Sequence record: NC_019410.1
Length of the DNA stretch: 64,000 nucleotides
Strand: one strand, 5' to 3'
Below, in pieces: positions 43,418 through 53,565 of the stretch; position 1 is the stretch's first letter; the number at the start of each line of letters is the position of its first letter. Under the pieces are notes generated by a model. That model made no database searches. It saw nothing but the letters and a program-made list of their open reading frames with translations, and was not told the origin of the DNA. A program made the position numbers and the translations under genes.

Positions 43418-43810
43418 CTAAAGACGTCCGCCGTAATAGTCCCGCCACATCCCCTCCCAATAGTCGATGTGGTAGTCGGTGCAATCCGGGCAGAGCCGGC
43501 GATCCCTGTTGGGGTCCTCGCCCTTGCCGTCCCAATGGTAGCAGGTCATCGACGAGACCATGCCCAGGCGCCAGAAGGTCCCACATCGCTCGCAGCCGCC
43601 CAGGGCGATTTGCTGCATCTGCCGGTGACCGTTCCATTTCGCCAGCGGCCGGGACCAGAGGAGATCGACCACCGCGTGGCGGATGCTCCCGTACTGGGTG
43701 AGCCCGACTTGCACGACCTTGCGCTTACCCGTCCGCCGGGACACACCGCCCATGAACCGGTAGGCGTCGGTGTAATAGATGCGCACCTTTGGGAGGCGGA
43801 GCTTCTTCAC
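43418..43810 (-). CDS. Hypothetical Cys-containing protein (GTG start)
   Basis: GTG overlaps the helicase stop; two CxxC pairs. Confidence 0.6.
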   Translation of the reverse strand: MKKLRLPKVRIYYTDAYRFMGGVSRRTGKRKVVQVGLTQYGSIRHAVVDLLWSRPLAKWNGHRQMQQIALGGCERCGTFWRLGMVSSMTCYHWDGKGEDPNRDRRLCPDCTDYHIDYWEGMWRDYYGGRL

Positions 43811-45753
43811 GTGTCCATGACCTTTGCGATGTTGTCCTCCTTCTCCTTGGCGGCCTGGGCGATGCGTGCGTCGAGCGAGCCGTTCGCCACCAGGAAGAAG
43901 CACATGATTTTCTCGGCTGTCTGCCCGATCCGGCAGGCGCGGTCCTCGGCCTGCTCGATCAGAGTCGGCGTCCAGTCCCCCTCGGCGAACGCCACGTCGT
44001 GCGCCCGCGTCATGGTGAAGCCTACACCGGCGGCCTGGAGGTTGCAAACGATGACCCGGCAGGTCTCGTCGTCCTGGAACTTGTCGACCTGAAGCTGGCG
44101 CTTGTTGACGGGGGTCCCGCCATAGATCATCGCCGGATTGTAGTCCGCCAACGCCTCGGCGAGCGCCCTGACGACGTCGGAGTGGTAGGCGAACAGGATC
44201 AGCTTGTCGCCGCCGTCGAGGAAGTTCTTGACCCAGGGGATGATCGCCGGGAGCTTGGCCATCCCCAGTTCGCGGCGGACGGCGGCGATCTCCTCGAAGA
44301 GCACCGCCACGGCCGGCGGCGCGAGCCCCAGAACGGCGGCGGCGTAGTCGAGATTGAGCGCCCGCGAGTTGGGCTTGTCGGGATCGCCGTCCTGTCCCAC
44401 CGCCTTGTCGAAGCCGTAGCGCTGGGCCGTCTCCAGGATCGACAAACCCAGGCGGATGTCGCGCTGGTCCTCGGTCTCGTTCTCGCCGGCCAGCACCGTG
44501 GCCTCGTAGAGCTTCAGCGCCTGGGAAAGCTCGTCCTCGCGCGCCACGACCTCGCGGATTTCCGGGCTGTCGAGGAGGACGATCTGGCGGAACTTCGGCG
44601 GAAGCTCGGGTAGCACCTCGCGCTTGTTCCGCCGCACCATGAAGGTCGAGCGCAGCCGATAGCCCAGTTCCTCCAGGTTGGAGGCCCCGGTGAAATTGTA
44701 GGCGCCGTGCTTGCCACGCGTGTTGTCGAACCAGCCGTCGCAGTAGCGGTAGCCGAAGTCGTTGTAGCTCTTCCCCAGGCCGTCGGGATCGAAGGCCTTG
44801 ACGATCGACCACATCTCGATCGGGCGGTTCATCATCGGCGTGCCCGACAGGAACACGCGGCGCTTGGCGTCGACCGGGTTGAACCAGATGTCGGCCAGCA
44901 CCGGCTCGCGGTTCTCGGCCTCGGCCTTCTTGATCTCGGCGGCGTTGGCTTCCTTGCGCTTCTTGCGCACCGCCGCCTTCGAGCGCGCATCCATCTGCTC
45001 GCCGCCGAGGATGAAGATCGTGCGCCCGCTGTCGGGGGTCTTGATCGCGTGACATTCGTCGCAGACCAGGAGGTCCCACGGCTGCTCGTGGATTTCCTTG
45101 GAGAAGCGTTCCAGGATGTCGTAGTTGATGATCACGACATCGGTCTTGGGCCACCAGCGCGGGTGGACGACCTTCTTGAAACGCGGCTTGCCGTTCTTGT
45201 AGAAGCCGTCGCGCACGGTCTCGCGATAGCGCGTCTCGGCGATCCCGACGCTCAGGCCCTTGCTGCACCAGAGCAGCCATTCGCGCCGCCAGTTCTCCTT
45301 CAGCGAGGCGGGGACCACCACCAGCACGCGGCGGATTTTCTTGATCGCGTTGGAGACGCCGATCGCCTGGATCGTCTTGCCCAGACCCGGCGGATCGGCG
45401 ATCAGGGTGTCGCGCCGCCCCGGCAGGGTGGCGAAGTCGATCCCGGCCCGCTGGAAGGGCTTGAAGTCCCAGCCCTTGGCCTCGACCGCCTTGGAGATCG
45501 GCGGCCAGAAATCACAGTCGGCCTTGTAGGACAGCGCCCGGCTGATATTGGCCAGATGCTCGCGGCGCCCCAGTTCGTCAAGCGCGTTGCTCTTCCAGAC
45601 CACGCCGGGCACCGCCAGGGCTACGGCCGGGTTGTGGGTGATCAGCGCCCGGCGCGGCGGGCTCCAGGTGAAGCCGGCCTCCTGGAACCGCTTGCGGTCT
45701 TCCCATTCGGTGACGGCCCAGAAGTAGCCGTCGCGATAGTCGATAAAAGCCAT
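43807..45753 (-). CDS. SNF2-family DNA helicase/annealing ATPase
   Basis: IADPPGLGKT, CDECH, LSGTPMMNRP and QAEDRACRIGQ motifs. Confidence 0.92.
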   Translation of the reverse strand: MAFIDYRDGYFWAVTEWEDRKRFQEAGFTWSPPRRALITHNPAVALAVPGVVWKSNALDELGRREHLANISRALSYKADCDFWPPISKAVEAKGWDFKPFQRAGIDFATLPGRRDTLIADPPGLGKTIQAIGVSNAIKKIRRVLVVVPASLKENWRREWLLWCSKGLSVGIAETRYRETVRDGFYKNGKPRFKKVVHPRWWPKTDVVIINYDILERFSKEIHEQPWDLLVCDECHAIKTPDSGRTIFILGGEQMDARSKAAVRKKRKEANAAEIKKAEAENREPVLADIWFNPVDAKRRVFLSGTPMMNRPIEMWSIVKAFDPDGLGKSYNDFGYRYCDGWFDNTRGKHGAYNFTGASNLEELGYRLRSTFMVRRNKREVLPELPPKFRQIVLLDSPEIREVVAREDELSQALKLYEATVLAGENETEDQRDIRLGLSILETAQRYGFDKAVGQDGDPDKPNSRALNLDYAAAVLGLAPPAVAVLFEEIAAVRRELGMAKLPAIIPWVKNFLDGGDKLILFAYHSDVVRALAEALADYNPAMIYGGTPVNKRQLQVDKFQDDETCRVIVCNLQAAGVGFTMTRAHDVAFAEGDWTPTLIEQAEDRACRIGQTAEKIMCFFLVANGSLDARIAQAAKEKEDNIAKVMDT

Positions 45754-45803
45754 GGGCGCCGCACGTGGTTAACGCGCGGACTGTCGCCCATCACGACACT
45801 AGA

Positions 45804-45840
45804 TGTCAAGATTCATGACTTGACCCAAGGCGTTAACCAT
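45804..45840. promoter_or_regulatory. Divergent promoter region with the recurrent motif (minus) and TTAACCAT
   Basis: TGTCAAGATTCATGAC at 45804-19; TTAACCAT at 45833-40. Confidence 0.6.
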
Positions 45841-45891
45841 GTCACGTTCGCCGCACGGCCGAGAGATCGGCCGGTCACAAGGAGAACTATC

Positions 45892-46191
45892 ATGACCCTG
45901 ATCGTCAAGATCATGTCGGGCGAGGACCTGCCCGACACCGCGCCCGAAAAGCGCTTCACCCTCCACGCCGGCGTCAAGTCCTTCCATCCGGTGGTCCAGC
46001 CCCCGGAGGCTCCCGGCGGCCAGCCCTACTGCTATGTCCGGCTCTACATCGCCGACCCGGTCAAGACCGCCGCCGTGCCCGGCTTTGTCGAGCATGAGGT
46101 CACGGTCGAGGCGCCGGGCAACGTCTATGTGATGAACGAGGCCGGCAAGACCATCGCCACCTGGACCCCGCCCTGCGGCAGGCCGAACTAG
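45892..46191 (+). CDS. Hypothetical protein (99 aa)
   Basis: AAGGAG RBS before ATG 45892. Confidence 0.65.
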   Translation: MTLIVKIMSGEDLPDTAPEKRFTLHAGVKSFHPVVQPPEAPGGQPYCYVRLYIADPVKTAAVPGFVEHEVTVEAPGNVYVMNEAGKTIATWTPPCGRPN

Positions 46192-46424
46192 GTTTCGCCA
46201 GCTTCCGAACCCGGCGCGTCATCCCAGGCCGCCGGGTTCTTCTGCCAGCCCATCCGCTCCAGGACGGCTTGACAGTTCAGAGGCGCACTACCGTCCTTGG
46301 GCTCGTCCCCCAGGACCAGGAAGACGAACCGCCGTCCCTTGGGGGCTCGGTAACGCAAGCGCAGGTCCCCGTCCTCCGAGACGATCTCGCAAGACGTCAT
46401 ATTGACGACTTCACCAGCACGCAT
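46188..46424 (-). CDS. Hypothetical protein (78 aa)
   Basis: The start overlaps the upstream stop. Confidence 0.55.
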   Translation of the reverse strand: MRAGEVVNMTSCEIVSEDGDLRLRYRAPKGRRFVFLVLGDEPKDGSAPLNCQAVLERMGWQKNPAAWDDAPGSEAGET

Positions 46425-46996
46425 CACGCAGCTTCCTTGATTTCCCGAGCCCGCTCGGTCCAGATCATCAGATCGTAGTCGGCCGGGCTCATCCCGGCGC
46501 GATCGGCCAGCGCCAGGAAGGCCTCCTCCAGCCGCCGGTAGACCTTGGCGTTGCCCGGCGTGGCCTTGGGGACCTCGATCCCGTGTTCGGCCAGATGCGC
46601 CAGGATGTGGGTGTCGAGCGCCGCCAGCCGCTGGTTGGGGCGCGAGTGCATCAGGAACATTCGGGCCGTCTTCGGTCCGACGCCGTGGATCGTCTCGAAC
46701 TTCTCGACCGGGTCGGCGCGCAGGTCCAGGCCCCAGACGCTCTGGGTGAAGCAGGCCTCCAGGCGCCCGTACTGACCGATGCCGAACATCTCCATGTAGC
46801 GCCGCAGCTTGTCTTCGTGGATGGCGCACCGCAGCTTGTCGAACGGCGAGACGCCGGTCATGGCGTAGAGCATGCGGTCGAGCTTGGCGGCCTGGACGTC
46901 GGCGGTCTTGCCCGCGACGATGCAGGAAAACAGCCAGAATTCCTCCAACTCGGCGTCGGTGCGGTCGAACTTGGTGACGTTGCGCGGGTCGATCAT
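46424..46996 (-). CDS. HhH-GPD DNA glycosylase (Ogg/8-oxoG-like)
   Basis: HhH motif IHGVGPKTARMFL and LDTHIL (catalytic Asp-His). Confidence 0.75.
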   Translation of the reverse strand: MIDPRNVTKFDRTDAELEEFWLFSCIVAGKTADVQAAKLDRMLYAMTGVSPFDKLRCAIHEDKLRRYMEMFGIGQYGRLEACFTQSVWGLDLRADPVEKFETIHGVGPKTARMFLMHSRPNQRLAALDTHILAHLAEHGIEVPKATPGNAKVYRRLEEAFLALADRAGMSPADYDLMIWTERAREIKEAA

Positions 46997-47475
46997 CAGG
47001 GGGCCTTTGCGGCGGGGGTGGTCTTGTACTTCTTGGCGTGGCGCAGGCCCTTCCACGAGGCCTTGTAGCCGTCGAGGTTGCGCCAGCCGCCACAACAGGG
47101 CGCGCCGCAGGAACAGCGCATGTAGGCCTTCTCGGCGTGCCCGCGATTGACTAGGACCTTCATCGCCGAGGCGGTGTATTCGTCCGGCGTGGGAAAGACC
47201 TTCTCGGGGTCGGCCGCCATCTCGATCAGCAGCCGCTTGGGGCCGTCGTTTTGGCACCTGCGGCAGTAGGCGACCTCGTCATAGGCCAGGGCCTCGGCCT
47301 CTAGCTCGGCCTGGGCCTTGACCTCCTCGACGAGTTCCTCGTAGGTCTGAGCCCCGCTCAGGTAACGCGAGACCTCGTGGGTCCTCGGGAGCGCCTTGGC
47401 GCAATCCCGACAATGGACGGTGTAGGTCGCCGTCCAGGCGGCGCGCTCGATATCGTCGAGATCGTAGGCTGTCAC
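46996..47475 (-). CDS. Hypothetical Cys-rich protein (GTG start)
   Basis: CRDC, CRRC and CSCG..CC; operon-packed. Confidence 0.6.
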   Translation of the reverse strand: MTAYDLDDIERAAWTATYTVHCRDCAKALPRTHEVSRYLSGAQTYEELVEEVKAQAELEAEALAYDEVAYCRRCQNDGPKRLLIEMAADPEKVFPTPDEYTASAMKVLVNRGHAEKAYMRCSCGAPCCGGWRNLDGYKASWKGLRHAKKYKTTPAAKAP

Positions 47476-47921
47476 AGGTGCGGAGCCAGTTCGCGGTCCA
47501 TGCGGTCGAGTTCGCCACGCTTGTGGAGTTCGGCGACCCGGTGCAGGGCGATCAGTTTCTGCTCGATATAGGTCATGGTCGCGGGCGAACGGGTCGGGAG
47601 TTCCGACAGGCCCGTACCGATGCCGTCCGAGGGCCAGACCACGATGCCGCCTTTCTTGACGTGGGTGAAGAGCCGGCGGAAGTCCTCGTCGATCGTCCGG
47701 CACTGGGCGTCGACCGCCACCGGATCGTCGCCGAAGAAGTCGGTGTCGTGCATGCCCGGCGTGCGCTTGGTCGCCACGCCCACGGCGTTGGGCTCCCCGC
47801 GCATGTGCCCGGCTTGGCCGCCCATGCCCTTGCGGATCATGTTGTCGCCGAACACGTAGAGCACGTCGGGATTGCGGCGCAGGTCTTCGCGGAAGATGCG
47901 GTGTTGGTAGATGAGGGGCAT
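47472..47921 (-). CDS. Conserved phage protein (VFGDN..GxGGQA family; possibly macrodomain-like)
   Basis: YVFGDN...G.GGQA..MRGEPNAVGV.TK and DGIGTGL motifs. Confidence 0.5.
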   Translation of the reverse strand: MPLIYQHRIFREDLRRNPDVLYVFGDNMIRKGMGGQAGHMRGEPNAVGVATKRTPGMHDTDFFGDDPVAVDAQCRTIDEDFRRLFTHVKKGGIVVWPSDGIGTGLSELPTRSPATMTYIEQKLIALHRVAELHKRGELDRMDRELAPHL

Positions 47922-47979
47922 CGGGCGATCCTTGAAAAGGCGGGGACCGGCGAACCGGTCCCCTGGAGGTGGGGTTCTG

Positions 47980-49608
47980 TTAGGCGCCGTGCGCCGCGAC
48001 ATAGGCCTTGGCGTAGGCCTCGCGGTAGGCGGCCTCGTGGACCACGCCCGCTTCGTCGGTGAGGTCCTCGAACGCCTCGTAGTGGACGCCATTGGAGGCG
48101 TCCAGGTCGAAAACGCCGTCGAGCCGGGCCTGCTGGGCGTCGGCGCGGCCGTCGATGTCGCCCACGAGCTTGGCCCAGGCCGCGTATTGCGCCTCGACCA
48201 CCGCGTCGAAGGCGGCGATGTAGGCGTTGCTCATCGCCGCCTCGCTGTCGAGCGGCGATTCGGTGACGTCGTTGTAGCGCTCGCCCTCGAAGCCGTCGAG
48301 GATATCGACGATCGCGTCGGCCAACGCGTCTTCGTCGGTTTCGGCCATCGCCTCGGCGATCGCCTTATGGGCGTCTTGCTCGCCCCAGGTCCGAGCGATG
48401 CTCTCGCCCAGGACCGCGTCCTCGGTCGGGAAGCCGTTCTCGTCGAGCACCGGATCGGTGCTTTCGGCCGTTTCTTCGTCCTCGGCTTCGGGGCCGGGGT
48501 CGGTTTGCTCGGCGTCAGCCTTGCCGGCGGCGAAGGCCTCGCCATAGCCGCGCACATAGCCCTCCGAGTAGGCTTGCCGGGCCGAATCGGGGCCGTCGCT
48601 GAGTTCGCCCGGCATGTCGAAAGACGCGTCATACTCCCAGCCGTTCTCGGCGTCGGCGGCCCCGGCCTTGCGACCAGCTTCTTCGCCGGCCTTGTCCCAG
48701 TTGGTCTCGACGTCGTCGAACGACACCGACACCTCGGCGGTGGTCGCGGCTTCCGGCGCCGAGGCCGTCACGGTCACGCCGTCGGCGGCCGTGGCGTCGG
48801 TGGCGTCTTCCGGGTCCTCGACCGGCGCGGCGGCCTTCTCCTCGGCGAAGCGCCGCTCGACGGCGGCCGAGAAGTAGTTCTTGGCGTCGGCCTCGGGGAT
48901 TTCGGCCAGCACTTCCATCTTGCAGCAGCGCAGCTTGGCTTGGTTGTAGTCGGTCGGGATCGCCGTCACGTCGCTCGGATTGATCTCGACGATGATGATC
49001 TTGCCGACGCCGTTGTGGAACTGGAGCAGGTAGTCGAACGAGCAGGCGTGCAGGCCACGCGAGCAGAGCGAATTGCGGTTGGGGTCGCACTTGTCGCGGT
49101 CCATCTCGACCGTCGAGCCGATCTTGTATTCGACCGTGCCCGAGTGGTGGTCGAAGAAGTCGGCGCGCACGCGCTTGAAGGCGTGGAAGTTGCCGTCCGG
49201 GGTCAGGGGCAGGCGACCCTTCTCCAGGAAGGCGTAGAGGTCAGCCGCGATCGACTTGTCGGGGTTGAGGTGAACCTTCTCGATGAACTTGGTCAGCGGC
49301 TCGATGTCGAAGCCTTCCGACAGCACGCGCTTGAAGGTGCCGGCCGCCACGTAATCGATCACGTGGCCGTCCAGGCGCAGACGGTCGCGGTCATCGAGGA
49401 TGACGCGCCCGAACGACTGGGCCGCGACATAGGCGGCGACGTCGGCGATCAGGCGGATTTCGTCGATGTCCTGCGGCACCTTGCGCAGGGCTTCCTCCAG
49501 CTTCTTGGCCTGGGCCGAGGCGCGGGGGAACACGCGGTAGCGACCATCGAGCGTGATCGAGATCACGTCGTTGGTGATCGTCGACGCGATCTTCTTGGGG
49601 GTGGTCAT
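47980..49608 (-). CDS. rIIB: rIIB-like protein with an acidic C-terminal extension
   Basis: LPLTPDG.F.AFK.V..DF.D.HSG, CSRGLHACS..YL and DY...K.R.C motifs. Confidence 0.88.
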   Translation of the reverse strand: MTTPKKIASTITNDVISITLDGRYRVFPRASAQAKKLEEALRKVPQDIDEIRLIADVAAYVAAQSFGRVILDDRDRLRLDGHVIDYVAAGTFKRVLSEGFDIEPLTKFIEKVHLNPDKSIAADLYAFLEKGRLPLTPDGNFHAFKRVRADFFDHHSGTVEYKIGSTVEMDRDKCDPNRNSLCSRGLHACSFDYLLQFHNGVGKIIIVEINPSDVTAIPTDYNQAKLRCCKMEVLAEIPEADAKNYFSAAVERRFAEEKAAAPVEDPEDATDATAADGVTVTASAPEAATTAEVSVSFDDVETNWDKAGEEAGRKAGAADAENGWEYDASFDMPGELSDGPDSARQAYSEGYVRGYGEAFAAGKADAEQTDPGPEAEDEETAESTDPVLDENGFPTEDAVLGESIARTWGEQDAHKAIAEAMAETDEDALADAIVDILDGFEGERYNDVTESPLDSEAAMSNAYIAAFDAVVEAQYAAWAKLVGDIDGRADAQQARLDGVFDLDASNGVHYEAFEDLTDEAGVVHEAAYREAYAKAYVAAHGA

Positions 49609-49629
49609 GGTCGTCTCCTTGAGACCGGC

Positions 49630-51753
49630 TTAGCTGAACGCCAGGGTGAGCGGGATGGCCTTGATCAGGCCCGGCAGGGCCTTGATGCAGGCGGTGATCT
49701 GCGCCTCGGTCGAGGCGTGGTTCATCATGTCCAGGTATTTCCGGACCGGGTGGTTGTAGTGCTTGTAGACCTTCTGGTGGCCCTCTTCGATGATCTGGAT
49801 CGTCTTGCTCTTGGGCGGGGCCTTGTAGGAGCCGTTCTCCTCATAGAGCGACTTCAGGTAGGAGCGCTCGCGCTCGGTCCATTCGGCGATGTTCGCCGCC
49901 AGGAACGGCTTGAGCGCCACGAAGAAGGCCGCCAGCGGCGAGGAGGTCATGCGGCCCAGGGCGTCGTATTCCGCCGGGCAGTGCTTGACCGCGCGGGTGA
50001 AGAACCCGAAGGCCGTCGACGAGGAGGAGAACTTCCCCAGCAGGTTGACGCACTCGTCGAGCGCGATCTTGTGCTTGGCTTGCAGGGCCGCGTCCACGGC
50101 CGCGCGCAGCGACGGGATGTTGGCCTCCTCGACGTGCTTCTGGGCGGTCGGCGAGGCGATGTAGATGTGCTTGATCCCGAACTTGTTGGCCACCACGAAG
50201 GTGTCCTCGGGCTTCTTGCGGTACTGGTCCGACGAGACCCAGGCCACGCCGCCATCGAGATTGGTCTCGACCTCGACCACCGCCCGCTGCTCGCCCGCCC
50301 GCTTGGCCAGGGCCAGACCCCGGATCGGCGGGGTGTAGACCGCCTGCGGCTTCTTGCCCTCGACCCGGCGCGGCACCACGCCGCGCAGGTCGTCGATGTC
50401 GACCTCGACGAACTTGGCCTTCGGCAGGGCGCATTTCCAGAACTTGGCGGGCTTGTCGAACGCCAGCAGGAAGTCGCCGGACTTCACCTTCAGCTTCTCC
50501 TCCAGGTAGAGGCGGAAGAGCCGGGCCAGACGGCGGGTCTCGCTCTGGCTGAACTCGCTCTGCGTCGAGGCGTCGCGCGAGGGGTCCATCAGGTCGGAGA
50601 CGTCGCGGATCACGTAGAAGGTTCGCTCGGCGTCATTGTCGAGAGACAGGGTCTTCTCGATGCGGTAGCCCCAGCGCTCGCGGTACTGGTCGAACGTGGC
50701 CTTGTAGATGCACGACACGCCCGAGAAGGAGATGCTGGAGGTGGTCAGACCCGTCGCCGGATGGGTCACCGACTTGTTGAGGAACTGCGGCTTGAGCTTG
50801 TTGTAGGTCTTGAAGAACTCGACCACCGGCTCGATGTCCTTGACCTTGTCCCAGATCACCATCTCGACCTCGGTGGTGATCTCGCCGATCTTCTTGATCA
50901 GGGCCTCGACCGCGTCGGGCTTGTACTGAATCTCTTCCCGCGACGGGATCGGCTCCACCGTGCCGATCGGCACCGTGATCAGCCATTTGCGGCCCATGTC
51001 ATGCGGCAGCGTCAGCCCGCCCTTGTTGGCCAGCGGATAGATCACGCAGCCCTGGCGCACGTTCCAGACCGAGGGCAGGGCCGAATTCTCGTAGGCCGCC
51101 CAGGTGCCGTCGGCGGCCTCGAACTGCGGGGTCCCCAGGCCCTGGCCCAGGTCGATGTTGGTGTCGAACATCGGCGAGTAGCCGAGCGCGACGTTGCGGA
51201 TTGCCTTCTCGAAGGCGGGGAAGTCCTTGGCCGCCACGCCGACCGTGACGCGCACCCCGACCGGCTCGGCGCACTCCTCGGTGCCCTGGAGCATGATCCG
51301 GGGCCGGCCGCCCTCGCCGATCGCGGCGGTATAGTGACGCACCACGTCGCCGTCATAGCAGGACACCGAGAACTGGCTGGTGTAGGCGAACGGGCTCTTG
51401 GAGCCCAGGCCGAAGGCGCCGACCAGATCGTCGGTCTGGTCCTTGTCCGACTCGAACAGCGTCGAGTAGAGGAACATCACCTTCTCGTGGCTCATGCCGA
51501 CGCCATAGTCGCGGACGTAGAATTCCGGGCGCAGTTCGTTCGGAGCGTGGACGAAGAAGGTGCCCTTGTAGCCCGAAACCAATTGGGAGTCGTAGGCGTT
51601 GGTGGTGACTTCGCGCACCATCGAGCCGATCTTGTCCGAATAGAGACCGTCGATCAGCATCCGGAAGGCCTTGCCGGAGGCCTTGATCGTGAACTCCTGC
51701 TCCTCCTCGACCCCGATGGTTTCAAGGATGACGGGCTCGGCTCCAAGACGCAT
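49630..51753 (-). CDS. rIIA: rIIA-like protein (N-terminal GHKL/HATPase fold)
   Basis: LYSDK...VREVTTNA.D, VRDYGVGM and GAFGLGSKSPFAYT; adjacent to rIIB. Confidence 0.88.
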   Translation of the reverse strand: MRLGAEPVILETIGVEEEQEFTIKASGKAFRMLIDGLYSDKIGSMVREVTTNAYDSQLVSGYKGTFFVHAPNELRPEFYVRDYGVGMSHEKVMFLYSTLFESDKDQTDDLVGAFGLGSKSPFAYTSQFSVSCYDGDVVRHYTAAIGEGGRPRIMLQGTEECAEPVGVRVTVGVAAKDFPAFEKAIRNVALGYSPMFDTNIDLGQGLGTPQFEAADGTWAAYENSALPSVWNVRQGCVIYPLANKGGLTLPHDMGRKWLITVPIGTVEPIPSREEIQYKPDAVEALIKKIGEITTEVEMVIWDKVKDIEPVVEFFKTYNKLKPQFLNKSVTHPATGLTTSSISFSGVSCIYKATFDQYRERWGYRIEKTLSLDNDAERTFYVIRDVSDLMDPSRDASTQSEFSQSETRRLARLFRLYLEEKLKVKSGDFLLAFDKPAKFWKCALPKAKFVEVDIDDLRGVVPRRVEGKKPQAVYTPPIRGLALAKRAGEQRAVVEVETNLDGGVAWVSSDQYRKKPEDTFVVANKFGIKHIYIASPTAQKHVEEANIPSLRAAVDAALQAKHKIALDECVNLLGKFSSSSTAFGFFTRAVKHCPAEYDALGRMTSSPLAAFFVALKPFLAANIAEWTERERSYLKSLYEENGSYKAPPKSKTIQIIEEGHQKVYKHYNHPVRKYLDMMNHASTEAQITACIKALPGLIKAIPLTLAFS

Positions 51754-51845
51754 GGCAAACTCCGAAAGGCAGGCTTGAGTGAATGTGTTGCCGATCCTTC
51801 TAGCGAGGCGTTCTGGCTCTGTCAACACACTCCAGCCTGCCGGGA

Positions 51846-51862
51846 TGTCGTGAATCTTGACG
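51846..51862 (+). promoter_or_regulatory. Recurrent motif TGTCGTGAATCTTGACG
   Basis: Intergenic consensus copy at a divergent junction. Confidence 0.65.
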
Positions 51863-51880
51863 TTCCGCGACGCCTGAGGC

Positions 51881-52132
51881 ATGCTCGTATTCATGCGGAA
51901 CATCACGGCTGAAGCGACGGGCAAGACCCGCACTTGCACGTCCGAGGATTATCCCTGGCCCCCGCGCGGGTCCGAGGGATGCGATTGCATGGAAAAGTCC
52001 AGCAACCCCAAGCGCGACTTCATGCTGATCGCCGACCGCACCGGTGTAATCGTATGGTACGCGAGGATGACATGCCCGATTCACGGCCCGAAGATCAAGA
52101 CGTCGGACGTCGCAACCGAATCCACGACCTGA
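51881..52132 (+). CDS. Hypothetical Cys-containing protein
   Basis: GAGG RBS; located downstream of the motif promoter. Confidence 0.5.
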   Translation: MLVFMRNITAEATGKTRTCTSEDYPWPPRGSEGCDCMEKSSNPKRDFMLIADRTGVIVWYARMTCPIHGPKIKTSDVATESTT

Positions 52133-52479
52133 TCGTCGGCGACCCTCGGGAGGACGCCCGCTACGCCCGCAAGCTCAGCAACCGCGACAAGACGATGTTC
52201 GTCTGCGGGGTCCTCAACCATCCCGCCTCGGCTTTCGATCTCGATCTCCCGTTCCCGATCGAGGACTGGATCGCCTCGGACGACAATTCCCTGGTCTGCG
52301 CCGGGCTCTACCTGACCGATCTGCGCCTCCAGTTCTACGAGGCCCTGGCGCCGGCCCAGGACGACGAGCAGGCCTTCGTCCGCCAGGGCGAGGCCGAGTT
52401 CTGGTATCACCGCTTCAACGTCATGATCGAGCGGCGCGCCCACGGCGTGCTGGTCACCGACGGGCGCGTCCTCCATTGA
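52072..52479 (+). CDS. Hypothetical protein
   Basis: GAGG RBS before ATG 52072; typical codons. Confidence 0.65.
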   Translation: MPDSRPEDQDVGRRNRIHDLIVGDPREDARYARKLSNRDKTMFVCGVLNHPASAFDLDLPFPIEDWIASDDNSLVCAGLYLTDLRLQFYEALAPAQDDEQAFVRQGEAEFWYHRFNVMIERRAHGVLVTDGRVLH

Positions 52480-52850
52480 GCAGCGATCTGCCCCTCTACG
52501 ATGGCGCGCTGACGGGCAAGCTCGTCGGCCGCTTCGTGCGCGCCGGGCAGGCCTTCGACGTCGTGCGTCCCGGCTTCGACGCCCAGGGGATCAAGCGCCA
52601 GACCTGGACCCAGATCGTCCATGGCGGCGTTCCCGTCTTCGAGGTCAAGGTCCGCACCGATCTCGACAACGTGATCGACCGCTTCGACGAACTGTGGGAG
52701 CGCCATATCGGCGAGGACGAGGACCTGCTCGCCCGCGCCCTGGCCTCGGTCAAGAAGGAGCGGACCGCCAAGTTCCGGGATGGCAAGTCGGGGGTCACGC
52801 CGGCCCCGACCGTCCACGACGTCCGCATCCCCACCGCCTATAGCGGTTGA
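52476..52850 (+). CDS. Hypothetical protein (TTG start)
   Basis: The start overlaps the upstream stop. Confidence 0.65.
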   Translation: MSSDLPLYDGALTGKLVGRFVRAGQAFDVVRPGFDAQGIKRQTWTQIVHGGVPVFEVKVRTDLDNVIDRFDELWERHIGEDEDLLARALASVKKERTAKFRDGKSGVTPAPTVHDVRIPTAYSG

Positions 52851-52929
52851 CATTTTGTTGGCGTTCGAGGGTTGACAGCCCGGATTTCATGACTTAGATG
52901 CCTCCTCGACGACAACGAAGGAGGTTCTC

Positions 52930-53556
52930 ATGCCCAAGCGGATCAAAGGCAAGCGCATCGCCCTGCACCGGGCCAAGGTGCTCGACGCCGACGAGTTCAA
53001 CAACCTGATCGAAGGCGTGTCCCGCCGCGAGCACGGTCTGCGTGACCGCGTGCTCTTCAAGCTCTCCTTCTATTGCGGCCTGCGCGTCGCCGAGATCGCC
53101 GGCCTGGAGTGGCGCAAGCACCTGCTGGACGCCAGCGGCCGTCTGCGTCCCGCCATCCACGTCACCCACGACATCGGCAAGAACTCGGTCGAGCGCTTCA
53201 TCCCGATCGAAGCCTCGCTGGCCGAGGACCTGCGCACCCTGCGCAAGACCTGCCGCGACAAACGCTTCGTCATCTACCCCCTGCGCGTGACCATGCGCGG
53301 CGGCCCGGAGAAGACCGACGCCAACACCCTGGCGCAATACATGCGCCGGACGTTCCTGGAGTTCGGCCTGGACGGCGCCTCGTCGCACTCGGGCCGCCGC
53401 ACCTTCATCACCGATCTCGCGCGGAAAGCGAACCTCGTGGGTTGCTCGCTCCGGGACATCCAGGGCATGGTGGGTCACAAGCGGATCGAGACCACCGGCA
53501 GCTATATCGAGACCAGCCGGCAGCAGGACCAACTTGTCGCCCTGGTCCTGCGATAG
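52930..53556 (+). CDS. Tyrosine recombinase, catalytic domain only
   Basis: RDRVLF...[15 protein letters not shown] and MVGH..IETT..Y. Confidence 0.9.
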   Translation: MPKRIKGKRIALHRAKVLDADEFNNLIEGVSRREHGLRDRVLFKLSFYCGLRVAEIAGLEWRKHLLDASGRLRPAIHVTHDIGKNSVERFIPIEASLAEDLRTLRKTCRDKRFVIYPLRVTMRGGPEKTDANTLAQYMRRTFLEFGLDGASSHSGRRTFITDLARKANLVGCSLRDIQGMVGHKRIETTGSYIETSRQQDQLVALVLR

Positions 53557-53565
53557 GAGGGCGCG

